From contig JBFWJC010000004.1 in NCBI GenBank assembly GCA_050253415.1, forward strand, positions 192,001 through 256,000: a stretch of 64,000 nucleotides of DNA, written 5' to 3'. Below the pieces are notes generated by a model. It was not told where the DNA came from and made no database searches. It was given only the letters and a program-made list of their open reading frames with translations. The stretch's first letter is position 1; the number at the start of each line of letters is the position of its first letter. Origin of the DNA: Pedobacter sp. (GTDB lineage: Bacteria; Desulfobacterota; Desulfuromonadia; Desulfuromonadales; Syntrophotaleaceae). This document shows positions 39,362 through 49,877 of the stretch, in pieces. Both the position numbers and the translations under genes were made by a program.

Positions 39362-39742
39362 CTACTCGGGTTGTTTTAACCGTGCCAGTGCTGCAAAAGG
39401 GGAGTGGCCCAGCGAAGGTCGATTTACGCCACTGGAAGCAGCTTCCTGGCTACGCGCCTCCTGCACATCGCGGGTATGCTCATGGTCATGGCAGTAGATA
39501 CAGAGCAACTCCCAGTTACTGCCGTCGGGCGGATTGTTGTCGTGGTTGTGGTCTTTGTGATGCACCGTAAGCTCGCGAAGCTTTTTACCTTCAAATTCGC
39601 GGGCGCAGCGACCGCACACCGGCGGGAAAAGTTTCATCGCCTGTTCCCGGTATCCCGCCTGATGTTCCTGCTGTTCACGGCGCATTTCGGCGACCAGACG
39701 ATCCTGGTTTTTGGCATTCGTGTTATTTGTTGAGTCAGACAT
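39362..39742 (-). CDS. yajD: YajD family HNH nuclease
   Basis: [40 protein letters not shown]. Confidence 0.9.
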   Translation of the reverse strand: MSDSTNNTNAKNQDRLVAEMRREQQEHQAGYREQAMKLFPPVCGRCAREFEGKKLRELTVHHKDHNHDNNPPDGSNWELLCIYCHDHEHTRDVQEARSQEAASSGVNRPSLGHSPFAALARLKQPE

Positions 39743-39928
39743 AAGTCCTCTCATAACGGGTTAATTCATTCTGGTGGCTGATCATAAGCAGGATGGGATG
39801 ATTATACTGCATGCCAAAGCAAGACGCCAGCCGGCAATCTTTCCGACCGGACCCATGGTTGCTGACAAAAATATCGGCTATTGTCCATGGACGCCACTGC
39901 CTATAACCACCGACAAACAGCCCATGGC

Positions 39929-40345
39929 CTAGTCGTGCTTTGGCTCCACGGCCTGATTGCCTGCAAATAAGGCTTTAACCGATTCTCGTGACAGGACTAC
40001 CAGGGTGAAAACGCCAAGCACGGTACCGAATGGCATAACAATGCACTCGATGCCGGCCACCACAAGACACAGGGTGTAGGAGGTGCGTTTTTTAAGTTTA
40101 CGGCCGGCAGCTACTATAAAACCGGAAAGAGTCCATCCGGCCAGCGCCAGAATCGACGGAATGATGATGAACAACCATCCAAAAAACTCCGGTGGCGCAT
40201 CGTCACCATCAAACGCACCACAGAGCATGGCGATCCCCATGGCAATATGCAGCAAAAACATACAGGAAAACAGCGCCGTAAGACCTCCGACCACATAGTG
40301 AAAAACGGCAAGTAAATCGAGATGCTGTTCATCCTGGGTCATCAT
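39929..40345 (-). CDS. Small integral membrane protein of unknown function
   Basis: Several hydrophobic helices; PFGTVLGVFTLVVL..ESVK..F. Confidence 0.7.
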   Translation of the reverse strand: MMTQDEQHLDLLAVFHYVVGGLTALFSCMFLLHIAMGIAMLCGAFDGDDAPPEFFGWLFIIIPSILALAGWTLSGFIVAAGRKLKKRTSYTLCLVVAGIECIVMPFGTVLGVFTLVVLSRESVKALFAGNQAVEPKHD

Positions 40346-40490
40346 TCTACCCTTTCGATCGATGTTGACCTTTGCCGGCACCGGGCAAAGTTACGAGGTC
40401 AAATGCCTGGTGCATGCCTTTTGGACGCATGAAGAGCACCGTGGAGCATGCATGGTTCAGTGTTCACCCCGGTCTCTATGGCCGACACAG

Positions 40491-40877
40491 TTAGCCTCCG
40501 CGCTTTTCCAGGTTGATCAAAAGTTGCTTGAGCTTTTTGCGATCTGCTTCCAGCGAATGTATTTTTTGTTGCAGAACTTTATTCTCTTGCCGGTAAAAGG
40601 CTTTGTCGCGCTCCAGCCGGCCAAGGCTCTTTTGTTTCCCCTCGATCGTCTCAAGCAGTTGGCTGATTTTCTGGGCCTTTTTAGCCCAGGGGCTTTGAGG
40701 ATAATCTTTCTGCAAGGTAACAAAGGCGGCGGGAAGTTCCTGTTTGGCGTCCAGATCAGACATTCCCTGCACGAAAAGCTGCTGATCCTTGGGGGTCAAA
40801 AATGCGGGCAAGGGGCGGGAAGCGCACCCGCAGAGTAACAACAAAAGACAAAGGCAGGATAGTACGCGCATGCTCAA
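40491..40877 (-). CDS. Lipoprotein with a C-terminal coiled coil
   Basis: Lipobox LCGC, YPQSPWA, heptad-rich C-terminus; start overlaps the stop of the upstream GGDEF gene. Confidence 0.75.
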   Translation of the reverse strand: MSMRVLSCLCLLLLLCGCASRPLPAFLTPKDQQLFVQGMSDLDAKQELPAAFVTLQKDYPQSPWAKKAQKISQLLETIEGKQKSLGRLERDKAFYRQENKVLQQKIHSLEADRKKLKQLLINLEKRGG

Positions 40878-42208
40878 CGTTTCTCTCGACGGTCGATCAG
40901 GTAATTACTCCCTGGAAGTTTTTTGAGATATTCCTTCATCTTGGCGCACTCGCGTCCGATGGCTTCGGCGGATGGATTACGCAGATTCTCCGAGCAGACG
41001 ATGGCGATGGACATGGATAACAGAGGGAATTCCCGTTCTTCACCGTAACGATCCTGTCCTTTGAAATAACCGACTTTTCGGTCCTGTTCGGAATAAAAGC
41101 CGGGCACAATGGCATCGAACTGCTTGATCATTTCCGAGGCAAGCGATTCGGCTCGATCAGGGGTGCTCAGTATCACATAATCGTCACCGCCGATATGCCC
41201 GATCATGTCCCATGGGTTGCCGAGATCGGCGGTAACGTTTTGAATCAGGACCCCAACTTGGGAAATAATATCGCTGCCGGACTGGTATCCATAGCGGTCA
41301 TTATAGGCCTTGAAGTAATCAAGGTCTACGTATATGTGAGCAAAGGGCAAGCCGCTGGCAATCCGGGTTTCCAGTTCCCGTTCAATGGAAAGATTGCCGG
41401 GCAGACGGGTAAGCGGGTTGGCATCGAGATTGAGAGCCTGCAACTCCCTTAGCTTCTGCTCCATTTCAGCAAAATCCCGGGCCAGGCGCCCGAACTCATC
41501 CTGCCCCTCCAGACCGATGGGATAATCAAAACTGCCTGCGGCGATCGCTTTGGTTGCCTGGGTCAGCCTGGCGAAAGCCCGATGAATCTTCAACATAATC
41601 CCTGCTGCCACCAGGGCAGCCAGCCCGATCCCTGCAAAGGCCAGAAAAAAGGTCAGGCTGTAAGCCTTTCCGCTGTCCCGGGAAAAGTTGTGCAGCGTTT
41701 CGTCCAGTAGCCGTTCCTGTCCAAGATGAAACTGCTGCAGAGCTTTGAGAAGTTGGTCGTTGAGCGGCGTGATAACCTGTTCTGAACGTTGCTCCGCTTC
41801 GGCCCATTGCTGTTGTTCCAACAAATTTCGCTCTTCGCTCCGAGCCTTGTCCAGATCTGCCAATAAGCGCTGAACCCGATCAAACCGACCCTGCAGAGGG
41901 ATCTGGGATAGCCGGGTACGGATGACAGCGCTTTCCTCCTGACGCTTGTCGAGCAGGGACACCATGGAAGTGTCCCGCAAAATCAGCAACTGCTTTTCCA
42001 GGCGTTCCTGGTCCAGAAGGCTCTGGGAAAGATCGCGGGTCAAAATCAGGGCCGGAAAATCGTGAATGACCAACTGTTCGGAACGGCGGGTAAGACTGCC
42101 CAGAGCCGTAAGTGCATAGATAATCGCCGCCAGACAAAAGACAACTACCAGCAAGTAACCTACTGCAATCTTCTGTGCGACGGTAAAATGAAACGATGAC
42201 ATGATCAC
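40874..42208 (-). CDS. Membrane sensor: periplasmic helical domain, HAMP, GGDEF (GGDDY variant, Ser at the specificity site)
   Basis: Two TM helices, HAMP (DEFGRLARDF), DLDYFKAYNDRYGYQSGS, HIGGDDY; start may be ATG 42202. Confidence 0.88.
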   Translation of the reverse strand: MIMSSFHFTVAQKIAVGYLLVVVFCLAAIIYALTALGSLTRRSEQLVIHDFPALILTRDLSQSLLDQERLEKQLLILRDTSMVSLLDKRQEESAVIRTRLSQIPLQGRFDRVQRLLADLDKARSEERNLLEQQQWAEAEQRSEQVITPLNDQLLKALQQFHLGQERLLDETLHNFSRDSGKAYSLTFFLAFAGIGLAALVAAGIMLKIHRAFARLTQATKAIAAGSFDYPIGLEGQDEFGRLARDFAEMEQKLRELQALNLDANPLTRLPGNLSIERELETRIASGLPFAHIYVDLDYFKAYNDRYGYQSGSDIISQVGVLIQNVTADLGNPWDMIGHIGGDDYVILSTPDRAESLASEMIKQFDAIVPGFYSEQDRKVGYFKGQDRYGEEREFPLLSMSIAIVCSENLRNPSAEAIGRECAKMKEYLKKLPGSNYLIDRREKR

Positions 42209-42825
42209 CCTTGTAAAAAATTTTATCGAATAATCATACCCTTAATTCAAGGTTCAGGCCAAGTCATTTAAGAGTAACACGAATCCTCCCCACCAACCGG
42301 CACATATTCCAAAGGATATCCGACCCAGGATAAAAGAAATGAACGTTTGTGGCATCACGGACAGTCAACTGCCCCCCATATAGAGGGGGGGATCGCTGTA
42401 AATAGTGAAAATCGCACCGACACCACCGACCCGAATCAAAACAATTTGCACAATCGGGCCTGGTCTTTGAACCTCCCGCAATAACCATCTGGGCATATCA
42501 CCAAGCCGATAATCGGCATTTCACTGGACTGCCAGGTATACAATCGGGATCAAATCGAGCCGAAGCATCACTGCGACCAAGCACAAAGCCGGTCATGCGA
42601 GGGGGGATACAAATCGGCATGAAGACGGTAACGACACGCTATCCATCGCTTAACTCCTTCGTGACCCGTGCGTCACCGACCTGACCTTTGGAGGGAATCG
42701 GTATCCCAGCAGACCCTGGTCGGCCCGAAAAGCAATCCGATGTGCACCACCGAACAGTTCCGCGTTATGCTGGGCGGGTGAAAAGCGTAAAAAACCGTGT
42801 CGGTCAATGGCGCCAGAATTTCAAA

Positions 42826-44169
42826 TCAGCGATTGTTTTCCGGTGGCGTCGTCTCGACTGCATACCAGTCGATCTTACGCGTCATGTACATCACCACGGC
42901 GAGGATCAACAACAACCCGACACTACCCAGGATAAGGGCGTAATCCTCAAGCTGCAGAACAATAAACAGGTAACAATACAGGATCGTCAGCAAACCGAAG
43001 ATCGTAAGCGCAAACTTCGCGTTGGACACGATGGCTTTCGCATACCCGGAAATAATGCAAGTAACAGCAAATGCGGAAAGAAGGTAAGCGAGGTTGAAAT
43101 GAATGTGCTCGGACAATGACAGGACAAGCGTATAAAAAATCAAGATTGCCATCCCGACGAGAATATACTGGATGGGGTGCACCCTTCGCTTGTTGATTAT
43201 TTCGGAAAAGAAGAACGCCGCAAAGGTAAACACCAGGAACATGATGGAATACTTTGCGAGCCGGGTCGATTTCTGGTAGACATCCGCGGTCAAAATCAAT
43301 TTCACCCCGAAGGCCGACGGCGTAACCTTATAGTGAGAGCCCTCCCAGAACTGCGGGTAGTTTCTGTTCAGGTGCAGAACCTTCCAGGTTGCGGAAAACC
43401 CGTCCTTGGTCACTTCGCGCGTCGCCGGCAGGAATGCACCGTTAAAACTCGGCGAGGGCCAGCTCGAGGTAATCTTCAGCGTATTGGACTCGGCAACCGG
43501 GATAAGGTTCAGCTGCTCGCTGCCGTTCAGGTTCACCTCAAACGAAAAACTGTAGAGCCCATTTGGCGCCAAAGAGCTAACCTGGGTGCTGACCCCGGCC
43601 CCTGCAAGGTCGCTGGTCTTAAGTCCGGGGTTAGCCTGATAGTCGGTCCCGTTGAAATGGATAACGATCTTGTCCTGGATGCCGCGCATATCGCTGATGC
43701 CGAGCGACAAACAGGCCTTGCCCCAGAGGATGTTGGCGGGATCGATGTTCAACTGGCTCGTCGGCGGCACCTTGAAGTTTCCGTGGAATGTGAGGTTGCT
43801 ATTGTAGAGAACCGCCTCAAACAAGCTGCGATAACGCACCTCGGGTTTCATCACCCCCGTAACGTCCAGATTTTCGGGCAGGATATGCAGGTAGTTGAGA
43901 TTGGATTGCGTCTTCCCCTGGTTGTCCTTGAAAAAGGTCTTGAAGGGCACGGTAATAAACGGCCCGGTAAGCGTCTGGCAATCGCCCCATTTATTACTGA
44001 TCTCCGCCACCACCGAGTCACGTCGTGATTGCCGTTCCCGTATCAGATCCTTTATCATCGCGGCCGGAATAAGTAATAGCAGGATCAAAAAACCCACCGA
44101 AAGAATTTTCAGCGTAATCGACCTCTTGATGAAATTCGCGGTCTTCTTGACGACATCCTGCTCGCTCAT
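42826..44169 (-). CDS. creD: Cell envelope integrity inner membrane protein CreD
   Basis: SSWPSPSFNGAFLP, VHPIQYILVG, LSLSEHI, YMTRKIDWY. Confidence 0.93.
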   Translation of the reverse strand: MSEQDVVKKTANFIKRSITLKILSVGFLILLLLIPAAMIKDLIRERQSRRDSVVAEISNKWGDCQTLTGPFITVPFKTFFKDNQGKTQSNLNYLHILPENLDVTGVMKPEVRYRSLFEAVLYNSNLTFHGNFKVPPTSQLNIDPANILWGKACLSLGISDMRGIQDKIVIHFNGTDYQANPGLKTSDLAGAGVSTQVSSLAPNGLYSFSFEVNLNGSEQLNLIPVAESNTLKITSSWPSPSFNGAFLPATREVTKDGFSATWKVLHLNRNYPQFWEGSHYKVTPSAFGVKLILTADVYQKSTRLAKYSIMFLVFTFAAFFFSEIINKRRVHPIQYILVGMAILIFYTLVLSLSEHIHFNLAYLLSAFAVTCIISGYAKAIVSNAKFALTIFGLLTILYCYLFIVLQLEDYALILGSVGLLLILAVVMYMTRKIDWYAVETTPPENNR

Positions 44170-44225
44170 TACTGTTCTCCTCCCAGGCTTGCGGCAACCA
44201 TGCTCAGGCCCCGCCCCGAATTCCG

Positions 44226-44567
44226 CTACGCTGTTTTTGGACTATGCGTTTGACCATAAAACACAGCCAACCAGATTGTTACCCCCTCGGGGTCGGTCCA
44301 TAACACCTTGTGTTTGGCATGAGCGGGGATATTGAGATAATCGCCTTTGTGCAGGGCCACTTGCCGGCCATCCTCAAACAAAATCGAACCGGCCCCCTCC
44401 AGCACGATCACCCATTCGTTTTCATCCTGGTCATACCATCCGACCTCGGGTGAAGCATGCCCGTTGGAAAGGATCCTTTCGATCCGCACATGGGGTGTCC
44501 GCACGATATCCTCAAAAACTTCTTTTGAAACATCCGCGGGTAACGCATCAAAGATATTCCCCGTCAT
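44226..44567 (-). CDS. Cupin-domain protein
   Basis: IERILSNGHASP, WYDQDENEWV, IPAHAKHKVLWT. Confidence 0.85.
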   Translation of the reverse strand: MTGNIFDALPADVSKEVFEDIVRTPHVRIERILSNGHASPEVGWYDQDENEWVIVLEGAGSILFEDGRQVALHKGDYLNIPAHAKHKVLWTDPEGVTIWLAVFYGQTHSPKTA

Positions 44568-44676
44568 AGCCTGCCCTTAACCCAAGTGCTTCGGTCTCGT
44601 TTAGAATCCACCATTTATTATTGCGTTTTTCTTTTCACCGGCCGTTTTGCTGACAGGTCTTCTTTAACGCTTTCAA

Positions 44677-46542
44677 TCAGGCCAGAATAACCCTTACCCC
44701 ACCCAACTGTTCAACGCGATAAGGAAACCGGTCGCCTGGCGTACCAATAAACATCATGTTTTTGGGAATGTTGAGTCGTTTGGAAAGCTGTTCAATCAAA
44801 GATGCGTCAAAAGTCCCCTTGACCGCCAAAAAGTCAATGCGCAGTTGAGGGTATAATTTGTCAATGATTTGCAAATGCTGGGCTAAATCCTGGGGGAGAT
44901 TTTTATCGTCGTCAAACACATGCACAACTTTCATATTGTTGGTTTCTTCATTTTCCAACACATACAGCGCCGCCTGATTTAGAATTGCCTCGTTGTCGCC
45001 TTTGGTGAAATACACCACCGAAAGACTATTGATGTCATTTATTTTACTCACTATTCTTATGTGAACGCGTTCGTTGAACGCCTCTACTTTTTCCAGAATA
45101 GCCCGAGATATGAATAGCACCAGTTTCAGGATCTCAACCCTTAAAAACATGATGGCAACAACCCCGATGGCCAGCAGAAAATAACTCGCAAAAATCTCGA
45201 CATTGACAGGATCCAGCAACACATTGCCTATAAATCCAATGATTACGGCAACCAGCGCAACCGTCACCGTCAGCCAACTTGCGCGAACATCTCTTGGCAA
45301 TCGGGAGCGTTTTCTTTTAAGCAGCATATTGCCTATGGCGAACAGCCCCATAACACTTAAAAAAGATAAGGTATAAACACCTGCAAGCGTTGTAATGTTG
45401 CCGGAAGTTACCAGCAATATAGAGGTACACATTCCAAAAAAACCAAGAATGATCCAATGATTGGTTTTACGCCACGCATTCTCCTGGAGCAGGACTTGAG
45501 GCAGGCAACGGTCCAGGGTCATGCGTCGAACCAATCCTGTAACACCTACATAACTTGTCAGTACGGCACCTGAAAGGACCAGGACCGCGTCAAAACTGAT
45601 GATCTTGGCAAAGGTGCTCCCCAAAGAGATGTCTCCCATCGTCGCTAAAAGATCGGGCGGAACGGCCTGAATCTGAGCCAAAGGAAGCAATCCCAAAGCA
45701 AGCAGACTGATCAAAGGGTTGAGAATGGCGACCGCCAGCCACATATTTTTCAAGGTCTTGGGAAAAACGCCTTTTTTCTGTTCTTCAATGAAATTAGCGG
45801 AACTTTCAAACCCACTGATTCCTAACATGGCCGCGGCAAATCCGAAAATAAGCGCATGAAACAAACCTGTTGAATCCGGGATATTCCAATTCAATTGAAA
45901 GAGCGAGAAATCTTGCCAGACAGCATAAATGCCGGCTACGGACAATACGGTCATGGTCAGCATGTGAATGATGAAAATACCGAGCGCAATCACCGCAGAT
46001 TCCGTGATCCCAATTAAATTCAATAGCGCAAAGAATGCCAATACGCCGATGGTTGCGGTCATGACATTCAAATGACTCACGAGGCTATGCGCGTAATGCA
46101 TGGCTTCATTTGCGCTGATTACAGCCGTTGCGATGTATGACAACAGCGTCAAGCAGGCTGCGCCTGTAGCGAGCTTTTTGTTCGTGGTATTCAGCAAGAC
46201 GGTGTATGTCCCGCCATTCAAGGGCAGAGCGCTCCCGACTTCCGCGTAAACCTTGCGATAAAGATAGAGCACAGCACTTACGATCAGTAATACGATGGGC
46301 GCGTATACCCCTGCTTGTGCGGTACAAAGCGCGGAGACGTAAAGAACACTCGAAGTAATATCATTTCCGCAGATGGCGGTAGATTTCCAGGTTCCCAGTT
46401 TATGTTTGGGGGTTTGATCAAGAGGCGTAACATCCTGAACCCCATTTGCAGGTAAATCCTTGATGAGCGAGGATCTACCCCACCCGGGAAACTCCCAGGA
46501 ATCCTTAAAAGAGTCCGATGAAGGCTCTGGTATTTCAGACAT
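44677..46542 (-). CDS. APC-family amino acid permease with C-terminal soluble domain
   Basis: AICGNDITSS, ALPLNGGTY, SGFESSANF; about 12 TM helices; start uncertain. Confidence 0.85.
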   Translation of the reverse strand: MSEIPEPSSDSFKDSWEFPGWGRSSLIKDLPANGVQDVTPLDQTPKHKLGTWKSTAICGNDITSSVLYVSALCTAQAGVYAPIVLLIVSAVLYLYRKVYAEVGSALPLNGGTYTVLLNTTNKKLATGAACLTLLSYIATAVISANEAMHYAHSLVSHLNVMTATIGVLAFFALLNLIGITESAVIALGIFIIHMLTMTVLSVAGIYAVWQDFSLFQLNWNIPDSTGLFHALIFGFAAAMLGISGFESSANFIEEQKKGVFPKTLKNMWLAVAILNPLISLLALGLLPLAQIQAVPPDLLATMGDISLGSTFAKIISFDAVLVLSGAVLTSYVGVTGLVRRMTLDRCLPQVLLQENAWRKTNHWIILGFFGMCTSILLVTSGNITTLAGVYTLSFLSVMGLFAIGNMLLKRKRSRLPRDVRASWLTVTVALVAVIIGFIGNVLLDPVNVEIFASYFLLAIGVVAIMFLRVEILKLVLFISRAILEKVEAFNERVHIRIVSKINDINSLSVVYFTKGDNEAILNQAALYVLENEETNNMKVVHVFDDDKNLPQDLAQHLQIIDKLYPQLRIDFLAVKGTFDASLIEQLSKRLNIPKNMMFIGTPGDRFPYRVEQLGGVRVILA

Positions 46543-46802
46543 TACATTACTCCTGCAAAGGCAGCGCTTGCGTTCCAAAAAGCAAACCCGATCTTCCGCG
46601 GCAGAACCAAATGAACTCAATGAATCTTGCCACAAAACTCCCGGAAGAATAGCTATCCTTCGTGATTAGACGCTCATTGTAAAGGTCAAAAGCAGCACTG
46701 TAAAGTTCGGATTCCTCCCTCAACATGCATCGGTCAGAGATTACTGCTTGGTCCTTCTTTTCATTCCACTGAACACACCCAAAGAAGGAGCGGGACGGGC
46801 CA

Positions 46803-47771
46803 CTAAAACCGTATCCCCACGGCGAGATTAATGACGCTGGAGTGATGCCCGGTGCCCGCAGCATCGCCATCGAAACGTTCGGTTTCACCCGTCTCGGTGT
46901 CTGTACTAAGTGTACTTCCTTTAGCAGTCATAAATTCTTGATAGTCAAAACCCAGTGTAATGAAACACCAGTCGCTCACGTTATAACCCGCTTCTATCCC
47001 TGCACTTATAAAAGCCTGATGATACACTTTGTCCTCAAAAAGCAAATCACGATTCAGATGTTCATCTTTCCCTTTTGACCATGCCCAAAGTGTACCTTTG
47101 ATGTAGGCATTGAAGAAAAAACTTTCGTAATTGGTCTGCATATTCAAACCGAGATAAGGAGCATAGAACCACTGTTCGTAGCGGATGCCGACCACGTCAG
47201 GGAAAGTGCCTTTTTCATCGCGCCAGCCATTCACAGAATAAATATATTTGCCGCCCTTGTCGTGCCACTTCCAATTATCAAACTTGAAACCGAGCATAGG
47301 AGAGATCTTCAAATTGCTTGTGATCTCTATGGGAAAAGCCATATTGGCATCAACCATATAACCATGATCGAGTTTAACGGGGCCTATCGAGTAATTATCC
47401 CACTCAGAGCTTAAAGCCGGCGTCCAATCCTTATCGACCATAGTGCCGCTGCCATCCGTCACAGCTGCCCAGCCGCCAAAGTTGAGTTGAAGCCAGTCCA
47501 CCAAACCAACCGATACAACCCCGCCAAGCATGGCGATATTTTCAAGTTCCCAATCAAGCTCACTGATTTTATCGCCTGTATCCGTATCATAAACATACTC
47601 GTTGGACTCGCCCCATAGATATTCAACCGAAGCTCGAATGGATATGGGGATGGACGCATTTCCGGAAATATAAAGGTCGGGTCCCATACCGGCACTCATG
47701 GCGGAGGTTTTGGCAGGGAAGGTCAGAGCGAGGACCACAAATAGAATGACAACAATCTGTTTCATTTTCAT
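46803..47771 (-). CDS. Omptin-family outer membrane protease
   Basis: Signal peptide, KISELDW, MVDKDW (DxD), KDEH (DxH), C-terminal Phe. Confidence 0.85.
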   Translation of the reverse strand: MKMKQIVVILFVVLALTFPAKTSAMSAGMGPDLYISGNASIPISIRASVEYLWGESNEYVYDTDTGDKISELDWELENIAMLGGVVSVGLVDWLQLNFGGWAAVTDGSGTMVDKDWTPALSSEWDNYSIGPVKLDHGYMVDANMAFPIEITSNLKISPMLGFKFDNWKWHDKGGKYIYSVNGWRDEKGTFPDVVGIRYEQWFYAPYLGLNMQTNYESFFFNAYIKGTLWAWSKGKDEHLNRDLLFEDKVYHQAFISAGIEAGYNVSDWCFITLGFDYQEFMTAKGSTLSTDTETGETERFDGDAAGTGHHSSVINLAVGIRF

Positions 47772-48226
47772 AAAACCCGGGCTCCAGGGAAAGCGAAGGG
47801 GGATATCTCTGTTGTATATTAACGGCCGATCAGTTCGTTGAAAATTCAAGCAAAAATATCGCCAAAGCCCCCGCATGGGATGCCCGCAATATTCCTTCGA
47901 ATAGCTGCATTTCAGATCCCCAAGGGTTGCGCATCAATTATCTTTATGGGTAGGAAAACCAGAGTAATAAAAAAAACAAAAACATTAAAGACGTACTTTT
48001 TAAGGGCTGGACATAACGGAGGCCCGGTTTCGCAGATAATCCGCGATGGTGCCTATGGATATCTAGAAAACTCAATATCAGCCCGATGGCGTTGCAGAAA
48101 TCGGATGTTAAACTTCTCCACAGATCCTTTCTTCCCTTTCCTCAACGGAAAATTCGCTGTCGCTTCCCCGGAAAATCATCGACTCAGAGGATAATTTCGG
48201 ATGGACACTAACGAAAGGAGAGTACC

Positions 48227-49522
48227 ATGACGGAAATGAAATCTCCCCAGGGTTTTAAGGACATGCTTGATTTCCCCCTGATTGAGGCTCTGCTAGGCCG
48301 ACGTTCCCGACGATTCTTCATGGGAGCCGAAATTCCGGATGGTGTGTTTGCCCATAAGTCGTCCCACCAGGAGCACCCATTAACCGAGCTGGAGAAAATG
48401 CTTGTGGTGGCGGCCTGCGGCGGAAACACCTCCTGGCATCACCTGATTTACCGGGCAGCCCGCTATGCACCCCACCTCTCCAATTACGCCGGCGCTGCCG
48501 GTGGACGGGTTTTCCCCTCGGCGGCCGGGTTTCACACCAGCAAGACATTTTTCACCGACGACGACGGACTGTACGTGCTTGAGATGCGAGACGCGCCGGC
48601 CTTCGCCGACCGCACCGATGACGGTGCGTTGGATCCGGATGCATTTGTTGCCAACGTCCGGAAGCAGGTACGCAAAATCCACAATGGGCGCCTGAAGCTC
48701 CCCAGCGAAGTGCCCTTCACGGAGGCTCATAACACCTGGGTATTCAACAAACCGTCAACCCTGGTGGTCATCCCGGTAGGGGATCTGTCGCAACACGTTC
48801 TGCTTAATCTGTGTTACATGCTGCAAAATGGCCTGGTCCTTTTCGATGATATTCATAAACGCCCCATTCCAGGCATAGAGCAGTTCAAAGATATCGTGGA
48901 TGTCGACAGTGTCTGGCCCGTTACCTTTGTGGAACAATGGTCCATGTCGGAGCTGACCGTTGAACTGGCGGCCAGCTGTTATGCCGGTACGCTGATGCTG
49001 CAGGCAATGGGCCTGGGAGGATGGATGTTCAACGGAGTCGACCCCTTCGCTACACTTGGCGCAAGCGGTGATTCGCGGGCACCGGGGCTGGGATTCCGTT
49101 ATGACGCGGACGAGCGTTGGCCCTACCCCAACCCGACCGGATTGAAAGGCGTGATGGAGGGGTATTGCCCGCCTCACTACCCCGACATGCGGGCCGCCGT
49201 GGAAGCCCTCTGCGAACGCAAATTCGGTCCCGGAGGACCGTTCCATCCCGACACGCCCGGTCCCTGGAAAGACAGCCGTAAAGTCCGTTCGGCCGCCCTG
49301 GTTCACAATGAACGATTCAGGGAATGCGTTGCACACCAGGCCAACTACCTGTACAAAACCTTCGGTAAGTTTCCCGCTACGGTTCCATCCATGTTCCTCA
49401 TCATGTATCTTCAGGCCCACCACCTCGATCTGGATTTCTACGACGCGTTTTACCAGCCCGGTTCCTACTTGCAGACACATGCCGCGCACATGGCACGATG
49501 GCACCCGAATGGCGAAAAATAA
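48227..49522 (+). CDS. Conserved hypothetical protein, possibly nitroreductase-like fold
   Basis: 431-aa ORF with strong RBS; RRSRRF near the N-terminus, PSA motif and LQAMGLGGW recall nitroreductase-like proteins. Confidence 0.55.
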   Translation: MTEMKSPQGFKDMLDFPLIEALLGRRSRRFFMGAEIPDGVFAHKSSHQEHPLTELEKMLVVAACGGNTSWHHLIYRAARYAPHLSNYAGAAGGRVFPSAAGFHTSKTFFTDDDGLYVLEMRDAPAFADRTDDGALDPDAFVANVRKQVRKIHNGRLKLPSEVPFTEAHNTWVFNKPSTLVVIPVGDLSQHVLLNLCYMLQNGLVLFDDIHKRPIPGIEQFKDIVDVDSVWPVTFVEQWSMSELTVELAASCYAGTLMLQAMGLGGWMFNGVDPFATLGASGDSRAPGLGFRYDADERWPYPNPTGLKGVMEGYCPPHYPDMRAAVEALCERKFGPGGPFHPDTPGPWKDSRKVRSAALVHNERFRECVAHQANYLYKTFGKFPATVPSMFLIMYLQAHHLDLDFYDAFYQPGSYLQTHAAHMARWHPNGEK

Positions 49523-49557
49523 ACAGGAGAAAAAATTTGTTTACAGGAGGGGCAGCG

Positions 49558-49622
49558 GGGACGTTCTTGCGCCAAGGCTTTGGCTATCGGTCGGCTTTTG
49601 AAATAATGCGGCAAGACGTCCC
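49558..49622. repeat. REP-like inverted pair
   Basis: GGGACGTTCTTGC ... GCAAGACGTCCC around a 40-bp spacer. Confidence 0.55.
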
Positions 49623-49877
49623 TCGGCCCATTTATGCAAGATCTATCATCACACTCGTTTGAAAACCCTCACTACAACACCAGTGAGTAGACTTACCCGG
49701 CGATTCTGTGGAATACTGGGGCTTCGTTCTACAAACGAGAATGCCGTAAAACGATGATGCCTTCGCAAAAACTTACAAGACGGCTGAGGTCGGTCGGCAA
49801 CAGCGGGCACCCTACCCCGTGCCCTTTTCATCAACAGTGTAACGGCAAAGGCTGCCAAACTTTGGGAGTACGTCACC

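Noticed and set aside
42250..42800. Possible decayed gene or RNA; CGGTATCCCAGC also occurs near 61604
   Set aside because: A GAAGGAG-ATG on the minus strand opens only 17 codons, with no recognisable homology; a single 12-bp match in 64 kb is expected by chance
43177..44028. 283-aa plus-strand ORF
   Set aside because: Antisense shadow of creD
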